From: Microthyrium microscopicum
Lineage: Eukaryota
NCBI GenBank assembly: GCA_010405405.1
Contig: MU004247.1
Span: forward strand, 1-64,000
Length of the DNA stretch: 64,000 bases
Reading direction: 5' to 3'
Both the position numbers and the translations under genes were made by a program. The first letter of the stretch is position 1. The number at the start of each line of letters is the position of its first letter. The notes beneath the pieces are model-generated. The model was not told the origin of the DNA and searched no databases. It saw only the letters and a program-made list of their open reading frames with translations. Shown here in pieces: positions 60,899-64,000 of this stretch.

Positions 60899-62494
60899 TT
60901 ACGTCCACGCTGCCAAGCTCCAGCTTCGGCGTTCACCCACTCCTTGCTTTCCGGCTGGCTGCTTGACGTTCAATAGCCCAGTGAGTCCGCCGGCAAGGAA
61001 TTTGTCGCGCTCGATTTCAGCTAGGCCGCGCGTGCGCAGACTGGCGAGAAGACTTGCGCCTGTCCAGGCGCCGAGGGAGTGCACACCGCGTACGACGCCG
61101 GAGATGGGGGATGGGCCGACACGGGAGGCGGATTTGGCTCGGACAAAGTCTGGTTCTTGGGGTGCGAGGTGGGCGGGAACAGCGGGAACAGGAAGTTCGG
61201 GGGATGGTTTGGTGGTAGATTCGGTAATCTTGGTGGGTTCTAATGGGATGGTTATTTGGGTAGATGCTTGCGTTGGAATAGTATCTGGTTTTGAGGCGGT
61301 ACGATATACGGAGCCATAGTTACGGACGGGATTCCATCCATAGGCGTTAATGAAGCTGTTTAGTTCTTGAAGAAGACGAGATTTGAGTCCGGGTATGGAA
61401 GATGGGCCGCCTGTGATTATTATGCGGGATATGCATAGTTTTCGAACATCCAGAGGTAGGTGCAGTAGGACATCATATGCCACAGCGGCGAGAGATTTGT
61501 CGTGGTCGTCTGAATGACCGGTTTTGGAGTCTTGAGCAAAGAATACTTGCTCAATCGGCTCGGCGAGCTCTTTTCGTGAAATCTCATATGAATATTCGCC
61601 GATTTCGATGGTCACCATTTCTTTCTCCATACCAGTTGGTGTACTGTCACTGAGACACCATCCAGACCGTATCAGAATATCCTCCGCATCCTCTACAGTC
61701 AGCTCCTCATCATCGTCTAGAATCTTGCTCATCGCCCAGGTCAAAGCACGCCCGGCCCGCACTGTCCGACCTGTTGCGACCTCGCGATACTCATATACAG
61801 CAGACACGACAGTTTCTGCCCACCCAATATCTACCACGAGCGCCGCCCGCAGCCCAGCGCCCACTACCGCCATAATACTCGCCGGAAACAACGTCACCGT
61901 CGGCGTCTGTAAAACACCAAACAGCCCTGCCAGCGCAACTTCCAGCAGTGGCCGGGGAAGTTGAGCACCAGCCACCAATGACACTTTCCGCGCGCGCGAA
62001 TCCAGCATCAAATATGTTGCTTCCACCTCTCGCAGCAGCCGCTCCAGTCGTTCTCCCACGAAGCTCAGATCCGTATCACGTAGATCTGGTCGCCAGAGCT
62101 CATACCCATCGCGTGCCCAGTGTTCCTCGCCTCGCTTGCGCTTTCGCGAACGCGCATCGTAATCGGGCGCATATTGACGATAATCGCCTATGCGGCGTAA
62201 TTGGTCGGGCGAGTAGTATAAATGGCACCGCGGGCGGCTCTCACCAGCAAATCCAACGCGAATTGATCGAGCACCGAGCTCAATGACTAGGTGGTTTTCA
62301 TCGTCCACGCGAAAAGCGGTGGCAGTGGGCGAGTTGTAGAGGGAGCCGGAGACTGAGCGGCTCAGGGGCGTATGTGGAGAAGTAGCGTGGGCGCTGACTG
62401 CGGATGGACGGGAGCGGTTAACAGTAATACGTCTGCCATCGGAGGGGGTAATTGAAGTCATGTTCTTGAAAGTTGCTGTGGCTTTGGGAAACAT
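60899..62494 (-). CDS. Actin-related protein, dynactin Arp10/Arp11 (RO7-like)
   Basis: VIELGARSIRVGFAGE, ALVVDIGWAET, IIITGGPSSIPGL and GAWTGASL actin-fold motifs. Confidence 0.85.
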   Translation of the reverse strand: MFPKATATFKNMTSITPSDGRRITVNRSRPSAVSAHATSPHTPLSRSVSGSLYNSPTATAFRVDDENHLVIELGARSIRVGFAGESRPRCHLYYSPDQLRRIGDYRQYAPDYDARSRKRKRGEEHWARDGYELWRPDLRDTDLSFVGERLERLLREVEATYLMLDSRARKVSLVAGAQLPRPLLEVALAGLFGVLQTPTVTLFPASIMAVVGAGLRAALVVDIGWAETVVSAVYEYREVATGRTVRAGRALTWAMSKILDDDEELTVEDAEDILIRSGWCLSDSTPTGMEKEMVTIEIGEYSYEISRKELAEPIEQVFFAQDSKTGHSDDHDKSLAAVAYDVLLHLPLDVRKLCISRIIITGGPSSIPGLKSRLLQELNSFINAYGWNPVRNYGSVYRTASKPDTIPTQASTQITIPLEPTKITESTTKPSPELPVPAVPAHLAPQEPDFVRAKSASRVGPSPISGVVRGVHSLGAWTGASLLASLRTRGLAEIERDKFLAGGLTGLLNVKQPAGKQGVGERRSWSLAAWT

Positions 62495-63413
62495 GGCTGA
62501 TTGAATGTTGTTGAAGCTCCAGGACGTGCAAGGCTTGGCGCTCGCGTGGTGGCTTTTCAGCCTTGTGGCCAGCCTGATAGCAACTGTACCTCAAATTGTG
62601 TATAGAACACTTCAAAAGATGGATTGATTGTGGAATCAGCAGAAACTAGAAGCCATAAAATACGAGAGAGCCTCCAGCCTTGGAACACTCAGATATGTAT
62701 CATTTCATAAAGTAAACATCAGAGTCATGAAAAAAGGACTCTCTTTCAAAGTTTAGCCCTCCGGCCATAACAAGAAATGATTTAAGACCCTTGAAAAAAT
62801 ATTTCGGGTTCACTTGGCTACACAAAAGCAGAGCATGGTTTCTTACAACCTTGTATCCTTGAAGCCGTCTAAAAACACACCGTACTTCTAAAACGGGTTG
62901 CGAATTCCGTTAAGCTTTTAGAGTGTCCAGTATAGCATTGAATCACCATACAAGTAGCCTGATTTGCTAAGATCAACAGCTGAAATGGAGGAGCTCGATT
63001 ATTGATGGCCCATCATTTTGCTAGTTGGACAGTCAGATGACACGGAATTGTTGCTATGCCTTGAGCACCACAGTCGCCATACACAGCGACTTTTAAGGCG
63101 AAGCAATAAGTAGCAGCTTTCACTTCAAGACACGTCGAAGAACCCAATACCAGGAACTCGGCCTTCGAGAAGCCCTCCAGTTCCCTCGAACGCGTTTATA
63201 CCCCAGAATATTGCTAATAATACGTCCAACCCAATGGGGTAACCTGGCCCATTGACTTGCTCGCCCTATAATTTACTTTACTAAATATTCCATATTGCCT
63301 AGGCCGCGGCGAATTCCCGCTGCCGACACCATCTCAATAAATATAGGTAGTCAGTTTGCCATGGAAGAAAATTCCACGATCTCCGCCACTATGATGCCAG
63401 CAGCTTCGTGATA

Positions 63414-64000
63414 ATGGGTATTTGGTTCAATGCTGCGCTCGCCGTCTTCGCCGGCACAGGGTAACTCCACCTCCCAATACGAAAGTCCATTTGCTATGAC
63501 TAATATTATGCAGGAGTTTCCTGTTCGGCTACGACTCTGGCGTTATGACCGATGTGATCCAGTCGCCAAATTTCCTAGGCTTCTTCCGCACTGAAGCAAA
63601 CGAGCCTATCGTCGGTGCAATTGTTGCTGTGTTCTCGGGGGGTGCAGTTTTTGGCGCGCTGATGGGTGGAGAGACTATGGATCGCATTGGGCGCAAGATG
63701 ACGGTACAGATGGGGGCGATAATATGTTTGGTTGGCGCAATTTTGCAGGCTGCGGCAACGAGCCTGGGTATGATGTTGGTGGGCAGAGTGTTGGCGGGCT
63801 GGGCAGTTGGATTGATGAGCATGAGTGTGCCGGTTTATCAGAGCGAGTGTGCACATCCGGATACTCGAGGTAGGTCAGACTGTGGGTAAGAGGAGTTTGA
63901 GGAGAACTGATTATGGTAGGTATGATTGTTGGAATTACGCAGCAGATGATTGGAGTTGGCTTCATTGTGAGCACGTAAGGCTTAGTTTGTCCGCCTTTTA
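63414..64000 (+). CDS. MFS sugar transporter (5' part, truncated by the window end)
   Basis: FLFGYDSGV, DRIGRK, GRVLAGWAVG and PVYQSE..RG motifs; introns visible. Confidence 0.92.

Noticed and set aside
1..64000. CRISPR arrays, tRNA genes, 5S rRNA, telomeric repeats, LTR retroelements
   Set aside because: None seen by eye; the phased 11-mers at 18044 are far too short for a CRISPR array; intron-containing tRNAs could have been missed without tRNAscan-SE

Overview
Gene-dense genomic DNA from a filamentous ascomycete (Pezizomycotina; short GT-AG introns with CTAAC branch points). The main feature is one complete minus-strand 18S-ITS1-5.8S-ITS2-28S rDNA unit (~8205-14609). It sits between ordinary protein genes with no tandem neighbour, and its 3' flank recurs in inverted orientation at the start of the window. 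The rRNA genes are divergent but structurally compensated, and five introns interrupt them. One is a group I intron at L2449. Four are spliceosomal-type introns (three of 54-56 nt in 18S, one of 163 nt in 28S helix 69); at least two of these look homologous, and the long one carries a structured insert. The rest of the window holds about 19 protein genes: chromodomain protein, GNA1-like acetyltransferase, DUF3074, membrane-anchored globin-like protein, enoyl-reductase-like MDR, SR splicing factor, mitochondrial L9, FBA1, SDR, a candidate FAD oxidase/two-TF/EgtD-EasF-type methyltransferase cluster, heme peroxidase, GH20, DUF1765, alpha carbonic anhydrase, Arp10/RO7 and a partial sugar transporter. 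There are also three TA-flanked foldback MITE-like elements and several decayed repeats. All calls were made by eye; no database searches or folding programs were run, and E. coli-equivalent positions are approximate.
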